A stretch of DNA of 64,000 nucleotides from an uncultured Clostridia bacterium (GTDB lineage: Bacteria > Bacillota > Clostridia > UMGS1883), in the NCBI GenBank assembly GCA_947626145.1, contig CANQRB010000004.1:29250-93249 (forward strand), read 5' to 3'. Of this stretch, positions 55,709-64,000 are shown piece by piece. How positions within the stretch are numbered: the stretch's first letter is position 1; the number at the start of each line of letters is the position of its first letter. Both the position numbers and the translations under genes were made by a program. The notes below the pieces were generated by a model that was given only the letters and a program-made list of their open reading frames with translations, ran no database searches and was not told the origin of the DNA.

Positions 55709-56059
55709 TCACCTTCCGCTCAGCCCGAAGCTGACGGATATGGCGTCGTTGACCTTTACCATCTGCAATTCATCCAAACGGCCTATCTTTTCACGAAGGC
55801 GCTTTTTATCTATGGTCCGTATCTGCTCCAGAAGGACGACGCTGTCCTTTTGGAGGCCGTACTGGGCCGCCTCTATCTCAATGTGCGTGGGGAGCTTGGC
55901 CTTGTTGATGCGGCTGGTTATGGCGGCGGCTATGACCGTGGGGCTGTACTTGTTGCCCACGTCGTTCTGCACCACCAGCACCGGCCTGACGCCGCCCTGC
56001 TCTGAACCCACCACCGGACTAAGATCCGCGTAAAAAATGTCGCCTCGCTTGACAATCAC
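55709..56059 (-). CDS. mazF: Type II toxin, MazF/PemK (EndoA/NdoA) endoribonuclease
   Basis: [33 protein letters not shown]... is the canonical MazF/EndoA sequence. 116 aa. Confidence 0.9.
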   Translation of the reverse strand: MIVKRGDIFYADLSPVVGSEQGGVRPVLVVQNDVGNKYSPTVIAAAITSRINKAKLPTHIEIEAAQYGLQKDSVVLLEQIRTIDKKRLREKIGRLDELQMVKVNDAISVSFGLSGR

Positions 56060-56065
56060 TAAACT

Positions 56066-56341
56066 TCACTCTCCGATAAAATTTTCGTAGGCGTACAACG
56101 CGATTTCATCAGTTGGAAGGGCTTCATTAGCGATTTTCAGATTTATCTCGGCCATCTCGAGATACCCCGACCGCATAAGGGACTTAAGCTCCAGCCGCCG
56201 CTTTTCCCTCAGGTAAGAGCGGACGATCTGGACGATAAAGTCGCTGCGGCTGTTGCGTCCGGGACCGGCGAGAAGGTCTATCTCGGACAGCATGGAATCG
56301 GGTATACTCAGTGAGATCTCCTTTTCACAGCGCTGTGGCAT
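56066..56341 (-). CDS. mazE: Type II antitoxin, ribbon-helix-helix (EndoAI/NdoAI, MazE-like)
   Basis: ISLSIPDSMLSEIDLLAGPGRNSRSDFIVQIVRSYLRE...MRSGYLEMAEINL matches B. subtilis NdoAI. The alr-mazE-mazF order is conserved. Confidence 0.85.
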   Translation of the reverse strand: MPQRCEKEISLSIPDSMLSEIDLLAGPGRNSRSDFIVQIVRSYLREKRRLELKSLMRSGYLEMAEINLKIANEALPTDEIALYAYENFIGE

Positions 56342-56443
56342 ATCTGTTCCTCCTTCACATACGGGAGCTGACCCCTATTATATATGAATATTATACAACA
56401 AATATGCCCGGGCGTCAAACCACAAACTCCGGAAAACGTGCCG

Positions 56444-57571
56444 CTATATGTAAATTCGGGGAACGCGCTTTCCGACGGTACAGATGACCTCATAGTTTAT
56501 TGTGCCCATAATTTCCGCAAGCTCTTCCACCGGCACGGTCTGTCCTCCGTCGCTGCCGAACAGAACCACACTGTCGCCTACAGAAATATTTTGGACATTT
56601 CTCAGGTCAATCATACATTGATCCATACAAATTCTGCCCAGGACGGCCTTTTTTTCTCCGCCGACAATGACCCGGGCTCTGCCGCTGAGGGCGCGGGAGT
56701 AGCCGTCGGCGTAGCCGGCGCTGACCGTGCCGATTTTCATATCCTCGGGAGTGGTGTAAGCTCCGCCGTAGCTGACGAGGCTGCCCTCTGGCACGGTCTT
56801 TATTTCGGAAATGCGGGCCCTCATGCTCATGACGGGCCTCAGCGGCAGGCGGCTCCTGTCCACCTCATCCGAGGGATACAGGCCGTAAAGCACTATCCCC
56901 GCCCGCACCATGTCAAGGTGCATCTCCGGAGCGTTCATTATGGCCGCGCTGTTGCAGCAGTGCCGAACCTTTATATGCACTCCGGCGGCCTCTATCCTGT
57001 CCAGACAGTCCATGAAGCGCCGGAACTGCAGCTTTTGATACGTGTTGTCCCGCTCGTCCGCCTTGGAAAAATGGGTGAAGGCTCCCTCCACCTCTATGCC
57101 GGGCAGATCGGCTATTTCCCTGACCCTGGCGGCAAGCTCCGGATCGGAATAGTACAGGCCCAGCCGGTTCATGCCGGTGTCCAGCTTGATATGCACCTTC
57201 ACGCTCTTATCCTGTGCGGCGGCCTCACGGCTCAGCACCCGGGCAAGGGCGAGGTCAAATACCGCCGGTATCACATCCAGCCGCACAATGTCGGCGGCGT
57301 TTTCCTCGTCGGCCCCGCTGAGCATGTGTATCGGGGTCTCGGGGAAGCGCGCCCGCAGCTGAGCGGCCTCGTCCACGGTGGCCACCGCAAGCCGGTCGGC
57401 CCCGTTTTTAAGCAGCACCTTTGACACCTCAACCGCGCCGTGGCCGTAGCCGTCGGCCTTGACCACGCCCATGACCATGGCCCGGGGGTCGGTTATGCTC
57501 CGCACGTTCCTCATATTTTCGGCAAGGGCGCCCAAATCTATCTCAGTCCAGACTCTTCCGTGACCGCTCAC
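56444..57571 (-). CDS. alr: Alanine racemase
   Basis: PLP-lysine motif VVKADGYGHG, TIM barrel plus C-terminal beta domain. Probable GTG start with GGAGG RBS; it overlaps the nnr 3' end by 29 nt. Confidence 0.9.
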   Translation of the reverse strand: MSGHGRVWTEIDLGALAENMRNVRSITDPRAMVMGVVKADGYGHGAVEVSKVLLKNGADRLAVATVDEAAQLRARFPETPIHMLSGADEENAADIVRLDVIPAVFDLALARVLSREAAAQDKSVKVHIKLDTGMNRLGLYYSDPELAARVREIADLPGIEVEGAFTHFSKADERDNTYQKLQFRRFMDCLDRIEAAGVHIKVRHCCNSAAIMNAPEMHLDMVRAGIVLYGLYPSDEVDRSRLPLRPVMSMRARISEIKTVPEGSLVSYGGAYTTPEDMKIGTVSAGYADGYSRALSGRARVIVGGEKKAVLGRICMDQCMIDLRNVQNISVGDSVVLFGSDGGQTVPVEELAEIMGTINYEVICTVGKRVPRIYI

Positions 57572-59054
57572 TGTTATCAACCTCCATAAATGCGTATTTA
57601 AGATTATCTATGATGTCGTCGGCGGTGACGGAATACGCACCGATGCTTTTCTCGCAGAACATTCCGCTCCGTCCGTGGAGCCAGACCGCGAGAACAGCCG
57701 CCCGGTCAGCCGGTATGCCCTGGGCGCAGAGGGAGCCTACAAGCCCCGCCAGAATGTCGCCGCTGCCGCCCCGTGCCAGAGCCGAGGTGGCCGACAGCGA
57801 GACCCAGGCCTCCCCATCGGGCCGGGCGACAACCGTCCTCGCCCCCTTCAGCAGCACCGTGACGCCGTATTCGGAGGCAAAGCTCCGGGCGGCGCCCAGC
57901 CGGTCGGCCTCTATATCCTCAACACTATGCCCCGTAAGGCGGGAAAATTCCATTGGGTGGGGCGTTATCAGCACTTTCCCTCCGCGCAGAAGCTCCGGAC
58001 GCCCCTTCAGTGCGTTGAGGGCGTCGGCGTCCAGTATCACCGGCCCGCCGGCGGCCTTTATCACACCGGAAATAAAGCCCGGCGCCAGGGTACCGCCGCT
58101 GCCGCAGCCCATTACCGCGGCGGAGGCCGACCTCACGGCCTTTTCCAGCCTTTCGTCGCTAAAATCGTATTTTTTCACCGGCAGCGCCACGGCCTGGGGG
58201 GCCATGAGGTTCATAAAATTCTCCGTTCCGTCGGGGCAGGCCGCCGTCACCAGTCCGCAGCCGCCGCGGAGCGCGGCCCGTGCCGCCATGGACGCGGCTC
58301 CCATCATGCCGTGACTGCCTGTGACCAGCAGCAGACGCCCGAAGGTTCCCTTGTGGGAAAACCGGGGACGCCGCGGGAGTATCTCCGCAGCAAGGCCGGG
58401 AGTTATGGGTATGGGCTGCTCCGCCGGAACCTCGCCCCAGTCCACCGGTATGCCGGCGTCACGGACAACCGTTTCGCCGCAGGGCTCCACGCTTTCACTG
58501 TTTAAAAATCCGGTCTTCGGCGCCGTAAAGGTGACGGTCTTATCCGCCATGACGCAGACCCCGCAGGGCCGTCCGCCGTCGGCGTCCAGTCCGCTGGGTA
58601 TATCCGCCGACAGGACGTAAGCGTCCATGGAATTTATGTAGTCGATGGCCTCCCGTGCCGGGCCGACCACCCCTCCCCTGATGCCGATGCCGAAAATGGC
58701 GTCAACGACAGCGTCACAGATGGGCTTTTCCATATTTTTGTCAAATGACTTTATGGCAATGCCGGCTCTGCGGCACTCCTCCGCCAGCGTCCTGCACTCC
58801 GGAGTGAAGGGCTCGGCCACGCTGACGACGCCCACTCTTTTTCCCATGTCCGCCAACAGCTTCGCCGTCCTGTAGCCGTCGGCGCCGTTGTTGCCCTTGC
58901 CGCAAAAAACGCAAACCGCGTCAAAGAGCCTCAGCTCCCTGACGCAGGCGCGGGCGGCGTTGTCTATGAGCTCAAGGGAGGCCTCGGGGCCGGTTATGAC
59001 CCGGCTCTCGAAATCCCTTATCTGACCTGAAGTCAAAAAACGCATAACAAACAC
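57543..59054 (-). CDS. nnr: Bifunctional NAD(P)H-hydrate epimerase / ADP-dependent dehydratase (YjeF_N + YjeF_C)
   Basis: N-domain CGKGNNGADG, and a C-terminal carbohydrate-kinase-like domain with the GxGD motif (GGSGDILAG). Confidence 0.85.
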   Translation of the reverse strand: MFVMRFLTSGQIRDFESRVITGPEASLELIDNAARACVRELRLFDAVCVFCGKGNNGADGYRTAKLLADMGKRVGVVSVAEPFTPECRTLAEECRRAGIAIKSFDKNMEKPICDAVVDAIFGIGIRGGVVGPAREAIDYINSMDAYVLSADIPSGLDADGGRPCGVCVMADKTVTFTAPKTGFLNSESVEPCGETVVRDAGIPVDWGEVPAEQPIPITPGLAAEILPRRPRFSHKGTFGRLLLVTGSHGMMGAASMAARAALRGGCGLVTAACPDGTENFMNLMAPQAVALPVKKYDFSDERLEKAVRSASAAVMGCGSGGTLAPGFISGVIKAAGGPVILDADALNALKGRPELLRGGKVLITPHPMEFSRLTGHSVEDIEADRLGAARSFASEYGVTVLLKGARTVVARPDGEAWVSLSATSALARGGSGDILAGLVGSLCAQGIPADRAAVLAVWLHGRSGMFCEKSIGAYSVTADDIIDNLKYAFMEVDNSERSRKSLD

Positions 59055-59059
59055 CTTAT

Positions 59060-59566
59060 TTATCTGAAAATTCTGCTCCTCACATAAACCGACATTCCGT
59101 CCAGTATTTTGTCGTTGGGCTCGAACACCAGCATACAGCTGCCGCCCTCGCCGGCAAACACGGCGAACATAGCGCCGGAAGCATCGGGAGCGGACGCCGC
59201 CTGTATCACCTTGGCGAAGCTCCGCTTCATCTCCCCCTTTTTGTCCGGATCGTCAACCCGGGCGCAGAGCTCCATGGCCTCCATATCGAAGCCGCAGAGC
59301 CGCCGGCGGTTCCTGCCGCCGATTATCACGTCCACGTCCAGATGGTCGTTGGTGAGGATATATTCAAATTCTCTTTTTATGCCGGAGGCCAGCCACCAGG
59401 CCCCATAGCCTCCCAGCACCAGAAGCACCAAAGCGCTGGCAAAGCCCAGCCACAGTCCGGCTCCGCCGCATATCACGAACAGAGCCAGGATTATGAGACA
59501 GTATTTGAGCATATCGCTTCGGTCGAATTTTTTCTTTACAAGATATTCAGTATAGTTTTCCATCAA
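59060..59566 (-). CDS. Small membrane protein of unknown function
   Basis: 168 aa. Two N-terminal TM helices followed by a soluble domain. Sits between the PBP1A and nnr genes. Confidence 0.6.
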   Translation of the reverse strand: MMENYTEYLVKKKFDRSDMLKYCLIILALFVICGGAGLWLGFASALVLLVLGGYGAWWLASGIKREFEYILTNDHLDVDVIIGGRNRRRLCGFDMEAMELCARVDDPDKKGEMKRSFAKVIQAASAPDASGAMFAVFAGEGGSCMLVFEPNDKILDGMSVYVRSRIFR

Positions 59567-62235
59567 AAGCCTCCGTCGCTTACGACCTCGCCGCCGGAAG
59601 GAGCGGTTCCGCCGCCGTCACCGCCGCCGGAGGGAGCCACGCTGCCGCCGCCACCGCCGGAGGGCGTTACACTGCCGCCGCCCGAAGGCGTTACGCTGCC
59701 GCCACCGCCGCCGGAAGGTGTTACGCTGCCGCTGTCGCCGCCGCCGGAAGGCGTTACGCTGCCGCTGTCACCACCGCCGGAAGGCGTTACGCTGCCGCTG
59801 TCGCCGCCGCCCGAAGGCGTTACGCTGCCGCCACCGCCGGAGGGTGTTGTGCTGCCGCTGTCGCTGCCGCCGGAGGGCGTTGTGCTGCCGCTGCCGTCGC
59901 CGCCGCCGGAGCCATCACCGCCCGCGGGCTCGGCGGAAACCGTTTCGCCGCCTTCGCCCGAGGTCGTTTCGCCTGAGCCGGAGCCGGAGCTTCCGGAATC
60001 GTCATCATCGTCGGAGCTGCTGCCGGAACTCGTATTACGCCTTGACGACGAGCCGCTGCTGCTTGTCGCCTTGCCCTCGCTGAGGACATTCTTGCTGCCG
60101 GTCACAAGGGGATGGAGCTTGCAGCGCGTAGTGGGGATGCTGCCGCTCTTGAAAATCTGACTCTCCACACGGTCACAGCCCGGATTGGCCCGCTGTCCGC
60201 TGTCGGAGCAGATCATCACCGAGACCTCCTTGCCGGGTCTCTCGAAATCCTTATATTTCAGATCCTCGTGAATGGGCATCATCACCTTGCGCCAGGTGAG
60301 GGCCGCCGGGTTGGAAGAAAATCCGCTGAGGTTCCGGGGCTGGTCATAGCCGAACCACACCGCGCCCACATAATAGGGTGTCATACCCACGAACCAGCGG
60401 TCATTGCTGGTGGTGGTGCCGGTGGTGCCGGTCTTGCCGGCTATTTCCATTCCGCTGAAGTTGGCCATCTTGCCGCTGCCGTAGCTGACAACGTCCTTAA
60501 GCATCGAGATCATGTCGGCGGCGGTCTTTTCGCTCATGGCTATCTCATGGGTGGGCTCGCCGCTGAGGATAACGCCGCCGTTGGCGTCCAGCACCCTGGT
60601 GTAAAGGGTGGGCTTGTTGTAAAAGCCGTCGTTGACAAAGGAGCAGTAGGCCGCCGTGAGCTCAAGCACGCTGACGCCGTCGGTAAGGCCGCCGAGGGCC
60701 AGAGGCGCCAGATCCTTATCGGAGAAGGTCTTGCCGTTGCGCTCCTCAAAATCCACAAGGGTGGAAATGTGCATACGCTCGGTCATATAGTCGAAGGAAT
60801 TGTCCACGCCGAGGTAACGGCACACCTTGACGGCGGGCACGTTACGGGAATTGGCAAGGGCGCTGCGAACCGAAACGTTGCCCACAAAGCGGTTGTCCAC
60901 GTTTTTCGGGGACCAGCCGTTATAGGTGACGGGGGCGTCCTTTACCGTGGAGGTGGGCGTTATGAGGCCGTATTCCATGGCCGGACCGTAAACGCCGATG
61001 GGCTTGATCGTGGAACCCGGCTGGCGCAGGGACTGAGTGGCACGGTTAAGTGTGAGGTTGCCCTCCTTATCTCCGCGTCCGCCCACAAGGGCCTTTACCT
61101 GGCCGGTATAGGGATCCATTATGACCATGGCGGACTCGGGCTGTACCTCGCCCCTGCCCTTGGGGAACGCCGACTCGTCGGCGTACACGTCGTCCATGAT
61201 CTGCTGGAGGTTCATATCCTGAGCCAGATATATCTTGAGGCCGCCGTTAAATAGAACGCGCTGGGCTATATCCTTTGTATAGTTATACTGGGTCATAAGA
61301 TCGTCAATGATCTGGTTTATGGCCGCGTCAACATAGTAGCTCTGATAAACTATCTCATCCTGAGTCTTAAGGGGCACAAAATGGAGCTCCTGCGCCACGG
61401 CATCCTCATACTGAGCCTGAGTGATGTGGCCCAGCTCAAGCATTTTTCCAAGGACTACCTCCTGCCGCTCCTTATTGTTTTGGGGATTTGCGTAGGGGTC
61501 GTACTTGGAAGGGGACTGGGTTATGCCGGCTATGCAGGCGCACTCGGCCAGAGACAGCTCCGATACGGGCTTGCCGAAATATACGTTGGCCGCCGAGGAA
61601 ACGCCGTTGCACTGCTGACTCAGGAAAATGGTATTAAGGTAATATTCGAGGATTTCTTCCTTGGACAGCTCATCCTCCAGCTTGAAGGCCCGGTATATCT
61701 CCTGAATTTTTCTTTCAACGCTGTAGCCCTTTTCGCCGGTAATGTTCTTTATGAGCTGCTGTGTCAAGGTGCTTCCGCCGAAGGTACGGTCGCTGGTGCC
61801 CCTGATCTTGCCGTAGACATAGGTTACCGTCGCGCCTATGGTACGCTTGATGTCAACGCCCTTATGGCTCCAGAAGCGCTCGTCCTCAATGTCAATGAAG
61901 GCGTTCTGAAGGTCCTTGGGTATATCGTCAAGGTCCACCCAGATGCGGTTTTCGTTGTCATAGAGCCGCTGCACCTCAACGGTGTTGCCGTCGGGGTCGG
62001 TGCCGTAAACAAAGGACGTCATGTTCAGCTTTATGTTGTTCACGTCGATGGTGTCCACGGTCTCAACATAGCCGAACAGGGCTCCCGCCACTATACCGGC
62101 GCCGATAATGCCGATGAGCAGCACAATGAGCAGCAGCGCCAGAAAGACGTTCCTGAACGACAGGAGAATCGCCATTCCGACGCTTCTCTTCTTTTTGCCG
62201 GAAGAGGTTCCCCTCCGAGTTCTGTCATTTGCCAT
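59563..62235 (-). CDS. Class A penicillin-binding protein (PBP1A: transglycosylase + transpeptidase) with a C-terminal Gly/Ser/Pro-rich repeat tail
   Basis: Start at MANDRTRRG with GGAGGTG RBS. GT51 motifs (EDERFWSHKGVD, GGSTLTQQ). TP motifs SxxK (STIKP), SxN (SRN), KTG (GKTGTT). ~170-aa tail of SGGGDSGSVTP repeats. Confidence 0.9.
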   Translation of the reverse strand: MANDRTRRGTSSGKKKRSVGMAILLSFRNVFLALLLIVLLIGIIGAGIVAGALFGYVETVDTIDVNNIKLNMTSFVYGTDPDGNTVEVQRLYDNENRIWVDLDDIPKDLQNAFIDIEDERFWSHKGVDIKRTIGATVTYVYGKIRGTSDRTFGGSTLTQQLIKNITGEKGYSVERKIQEIYRAFKLEDELSKEEILEYYLNTIFLSQQCNGVSSAANVYFGKPVSELSLAECACIAGITQSPSKYDPYANPQNNKERQEVVLGKMLELGHITQAQYEDAVAQELHFVPLKTQDEIVYQSYYVDAAINQIIDDLMTQYNYTKDIAQRVLFNGGLKIYLAQDMNLQQIMDDVYADESAFPKGRGEVQPESAMVIMDPYTGQVKALVGGRGDKEGNLTLNRATQSLRQPGSTIKPIGVYGPAMEYGLITPTSTVKDAPVTYNGWSPKNVDNRFVGNVSVRSALANSRNVPAVKVCRYLGVDNSFDYMTERMHISTLVDFEERNGKTFSDKDLAPLALGGLTDGVSVLELTAAYCSFVNDGFYNKPTLYTRVLDANGGVILSGEPTHEIAMSEKTAADMISMLKDVVSYGSGKMANFSGMEIAGKTGTTGTTTSNDRWFVGMTPYYVGAVWFGYDQPRNLSGFSSNPAALTWRKVMMPIHEDLKYKDFERPGKEVSVMICSDSGQRANPGCDRVESQIFKSGSIPTTRCKLHPLVTGSKNVLSEGKATSSSGSSSRRNTSSGSSSDDDDDSGSSGSGSGETTSGEGGETVSAEPAGGDGSGGGDGSGSTTPSGGSDSGSTTPSGGGGSVTPSGGGDSGSVTPSGGGDSGSVTPSGGGDSGSVTPSGGGGGSVTPSGGGSVTPSGGGGGSVAPSGGGDGGGTAPSGGEVVSDGGF
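59590..59900. repeat. Tandem ~33-nt coding repeats (GGxDSGSVTPS units) in the PBP1A tail
   Basis: About 9 near-identical units, gaaggcgttacgctgccgc(tg/ca)tcgccgccgccg. A likely slipped-strand/recombination-prone tract. Confidence 0.8.
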
Positions 62236-62433
62236 AAAAAGCGCACCTCCGAAGTTATTTGAGGAGTAGTAATTATAGAAAGACATAATTAACTTATTAT
62301 ATTTTACATCAAAACCGTTAAAAAAGTATTACAAAATCCCCTTTTTCCACTTTTATTTTGCGGGAAATTGCATTTTGAATTTTTACTGCGCATATTGCAC
62401 AAAAACATTGTAAAATTATTGTATAATTCTGAC

Positions 62434-62558
62434 AAAATGCTTCTTGCAAAACCTGAAACCCTGTGGTAAGATATATACGTACTCGATGAGAGTGCAAAAA
62501 CTTTTTTCATTTTCCCTCCTTTTTTAGTGGCAGATACACAGTGTCTGTCATTTTTTTT
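62434..62558 (+). ncRNA. Candidate sRNA unit 1 (extended -10 promoter -> ~125 nt -> hairpin+T8 terminator) with a UUUUCCCUCCUUUUUU anti-SD-like motif
   Basis: TGtATAAT at 62420-62427. Terminator cagatac-aca-gtgtctg + tcattttttttgc at 62531-62558. The 3' 65 nt are duplicated in unit 2. Confidence 0.3.
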
Positions 62559-62669
62559 GCGCTCTGCCGCCGTTATTATAAGTTTTGCACAAAACCTCGC
62601 CGCTTTCTTTATAAAAATTGAATAAAATTACCGTTGATATGGCGCTTTAAAAGCTGATATAATAACAGT

Positions 62670-62748
62670 GCGCCAGTAGAGTGCATAAGTTTTTTTCATT
62701 TTCCCTCCTTTTTTAGTGGCAGATACAACGTGTCTGTCATTTTTTTTG
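62670..62748 (+). ncRNA. Candidate sRNA unit 2 (TTGATA-18-TGaTATAAT promoter -> ~80 nt -> identical terminator)
   Basis: -35 at 62634-62639, -10 at 62658-62663. It shares gagtgcaTAAgtttttttcattttccctccttttttagtggcagatacaacgtgtctgtcattttttttgc with unit 1, and ends 30 nt before the DUF815 gene start. Confidence 0.3.
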
Positions 62749-62778
62749 CAATAATACTACCTTAAAAGAGGTGCCGTC

Positions 62779-63975
62779 ATGAACAGATACGCTTATTTAA
62801 ACTCCCGTCTGGGTACGCTGACCGTATTCCGCAATATCCTCGGCGAGCCCGTGATAGCAAGGCTAAGGGAGCTTCTCTCCTGCGAGGACTGGGACAAGCT
62901 CCGTCTGGCCGAGCTGTACTGCGGCTTTGTACACGAGCTGTACCTCACCGGAGACAGCCTTACCGACTGGGTGCTGCGGTACATATCCGGCGACGAAAAC
63001 CCATACGTGGGCCGCATTATTTCCGGCGGGGTTCCGGGTAAGTTAATGGAAGAGAGCCTGACAAACGAGCTGAAAATTCTTGAAGAGCTGGCCGCGCTGG
63101 ACTGCGGAGAGGTTGCGGAGGCCATTAACTGCGGGCTTGAGCTGCCCCGCTGGGAGAGCCGCCGCGAGGATCTGACCGCCGCCTGCCGCCGGAGAATTGC
63201 CGAGATACCCACCAGGGGCTACGGTATATTTGCCAAATATCATATGTTCACCCTGGACGGCGACGGAAATCTCGTGCCCGTCCGCCATCCCGACCCACAG
63301 ACTCTTGACAGCCTCTACGGCTATCAGCGGGAGAGGGAGACCGTAATGCGCAACACCCTCGCCCTTATCGAGGGCCGGGGCGCCAACAACGTCCTCCTCT
63401 ACGGGGACGCCGGCACCGGTAAGAGCTCCACGGTCAAGGCCATCGCCAACGCCCTTAAGGACAGGGGTCTGCGCCTTATCGAGGTCAGGAAAAACCAGCT
63501 CTACCTGCTGCCGGGGCTGATGGACAGCCTTGAGGGCAGCCCGCTGAAATACATCATATTTATTGACGATCTGAGCTTCGGCGGCGGGGACGCCGACTTT
63601 GCCGCCCTGAAGGCCATACTGGAGGGCAGCGTCAGCAGCCGCGGCACAAACGTGGCCGTTTACGCCACCAGCAACCGCCGCCATCTGCTTAAGGAGAGCA
63701 TGAGCGACCGTGACGGGGACGACATTCACGCCTCCGACACCCGTCAGGAGCAGCTGAGCCTTTCCGCCCGCTTCGGCCTGACGGTGACCTTCCTCCGGCC
63801 GGAGCATGAGCTTTACTGCGAAATAGTGGAAAAGCTGGCCCGTGAGCACGGCATAACCATGGACAGGGATCGGCTTCTGGTCAAGGCTGAGGCCCACGCC
63901 ATCAGGAACGGCGGCCGCAGCCCCCGCACCGCCAAGCAGTTTGTGGAAATGCTCAGTCAGGGAGTTATAGAATAA
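62779..63975 (+). CDS. DUF815-family AAA+ ATPase
   Basis: Walker A LLYGDAGTGKSS, Walker B YIIFIDDLSF. 398 aa. AAAAGAGGTG RBS. Confidence 0.8.
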   Translation: MNRYAYLNSRLGTLTVFRNILGEPVIARLRELLSCEDWDKLRLAELYCGFVHELYLTGDSLTDWVLRYISGDENPYVGRIISGGVPGKLMEESLTNELKILEELAALDCGEVAEAINCGLELPRWESRREDLTAACRRRIAEIPTRGYGIFAKYHMFTLDGDGNLVPVRHPDPQTLDSLYGYQRERETVMRNTLALIEGRGANNVLLYGDAGTGKSSTVKAIANALKDRGLRLIEVRKNQLYLLPGLMDSLEGSPLKYIIFIDDLSFGGGDADFAALKAILEGSVSSRGTNVAVYATSNRRHLLKESMSDRDGDDIHASDTRQEQLSLSARFGLTVTFLRPEHELYCEIVEKLAREHGITMDRDRLLVKAEAHAIRNGGRSPRTAKQFVEMLSQGVIE

Positions 63976-64000
63976 AAAAAGAATAATTTGCGAAAAAGCG

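Noticed and set aside
62304-62510. 68-aa minus ORF (MKKVFALSS...) between PBP1A and the DUF815 gene
   Set aside because: Its start is part of the duplicated sRNA-like module. The second copy's equivalent ORF stops after 18 codons with an unrelated sequence, so it is not conserved as a protein. It more likely reflects the complementary strand of a CCUCC-containing RNA.

Overview
This 64-kb window comes from a high-GC Firmicutes chromosome, most likely a Clostridia/Oscillospiraceae-type genome. Two GC-rich (~60%) housekeeping blocks flank a ~29-kb lower-GC accessory region. The first block is 1-4200 (secA 3' end, prfB, a GtrA-like protein, a P-loop kinase). The second is 33.3-64 kb, almost entirely on the minus strand: a peptidase C26 gene, pheA-aroC-aroA-aroB, yihY, a HAD hydrolase, rluB, a D-Ala-D-Ala carboxypeptidase, argH, argG, an HD hydrolase, aminopeptidase P, tsaD, rimI, tsaC, a two-component system with a lipoprotein, a secreted S8 subtilase with tandem small Cys proteins, mazEF, alr, nnr, PBP1A and a DUF815 ATPase. 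The accessory region (~4.2-33.2 kb) ends at the 3' end of a tRNA-Ser(GGA) gene, next to an iteron-like 19-bp tandem array. It carries a 1034-aa secreted multidomain protein, an ECF-sigma/ABC/membrane-protein operon, a ParE/Phd toxin-antitoxin pair, a 1438-aa SLH-anchored M4 (thermolysin-like) protease, decayed gene remnants including a Cys-rich KTR protein, and a dense minus-strand cluster. That cluster comprises an OmpR-type regulator + histidine kinase + TauE, an Hsp70 paralog + J-domain protein + unknown Cys-rich protein + zinc-ribbon membrane protein, a small alarmone synthetase + GT8 glycosyltransferase + PgsA-like transferase, and two odd small proteins. The most notable observation is an invariant TTTCAGTTTAG(A/T)TT box at fixed spacing from a -10 element, present four times in 10 kb. 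It sits in front of each of those four transcription units, including the regulator's own operon, and so defines a compact candidate autoregulated stress regulon. Other points of interest: a rearrangement scar that redirects one copy of that promoter; an orphan promoter -> structured ~220-nt transcript -> terminator unit that shares a 26-nt palindrome with the 5' UTR of the large surface protein; tandem sRNA-like units with a CCUCC motif; a structured ~165-nt element in the mazF 3' region; an in-frame amber codon in an XRE regulator; and tandem duplicated small Cys proteins beside the secreted subtilase/TCS.
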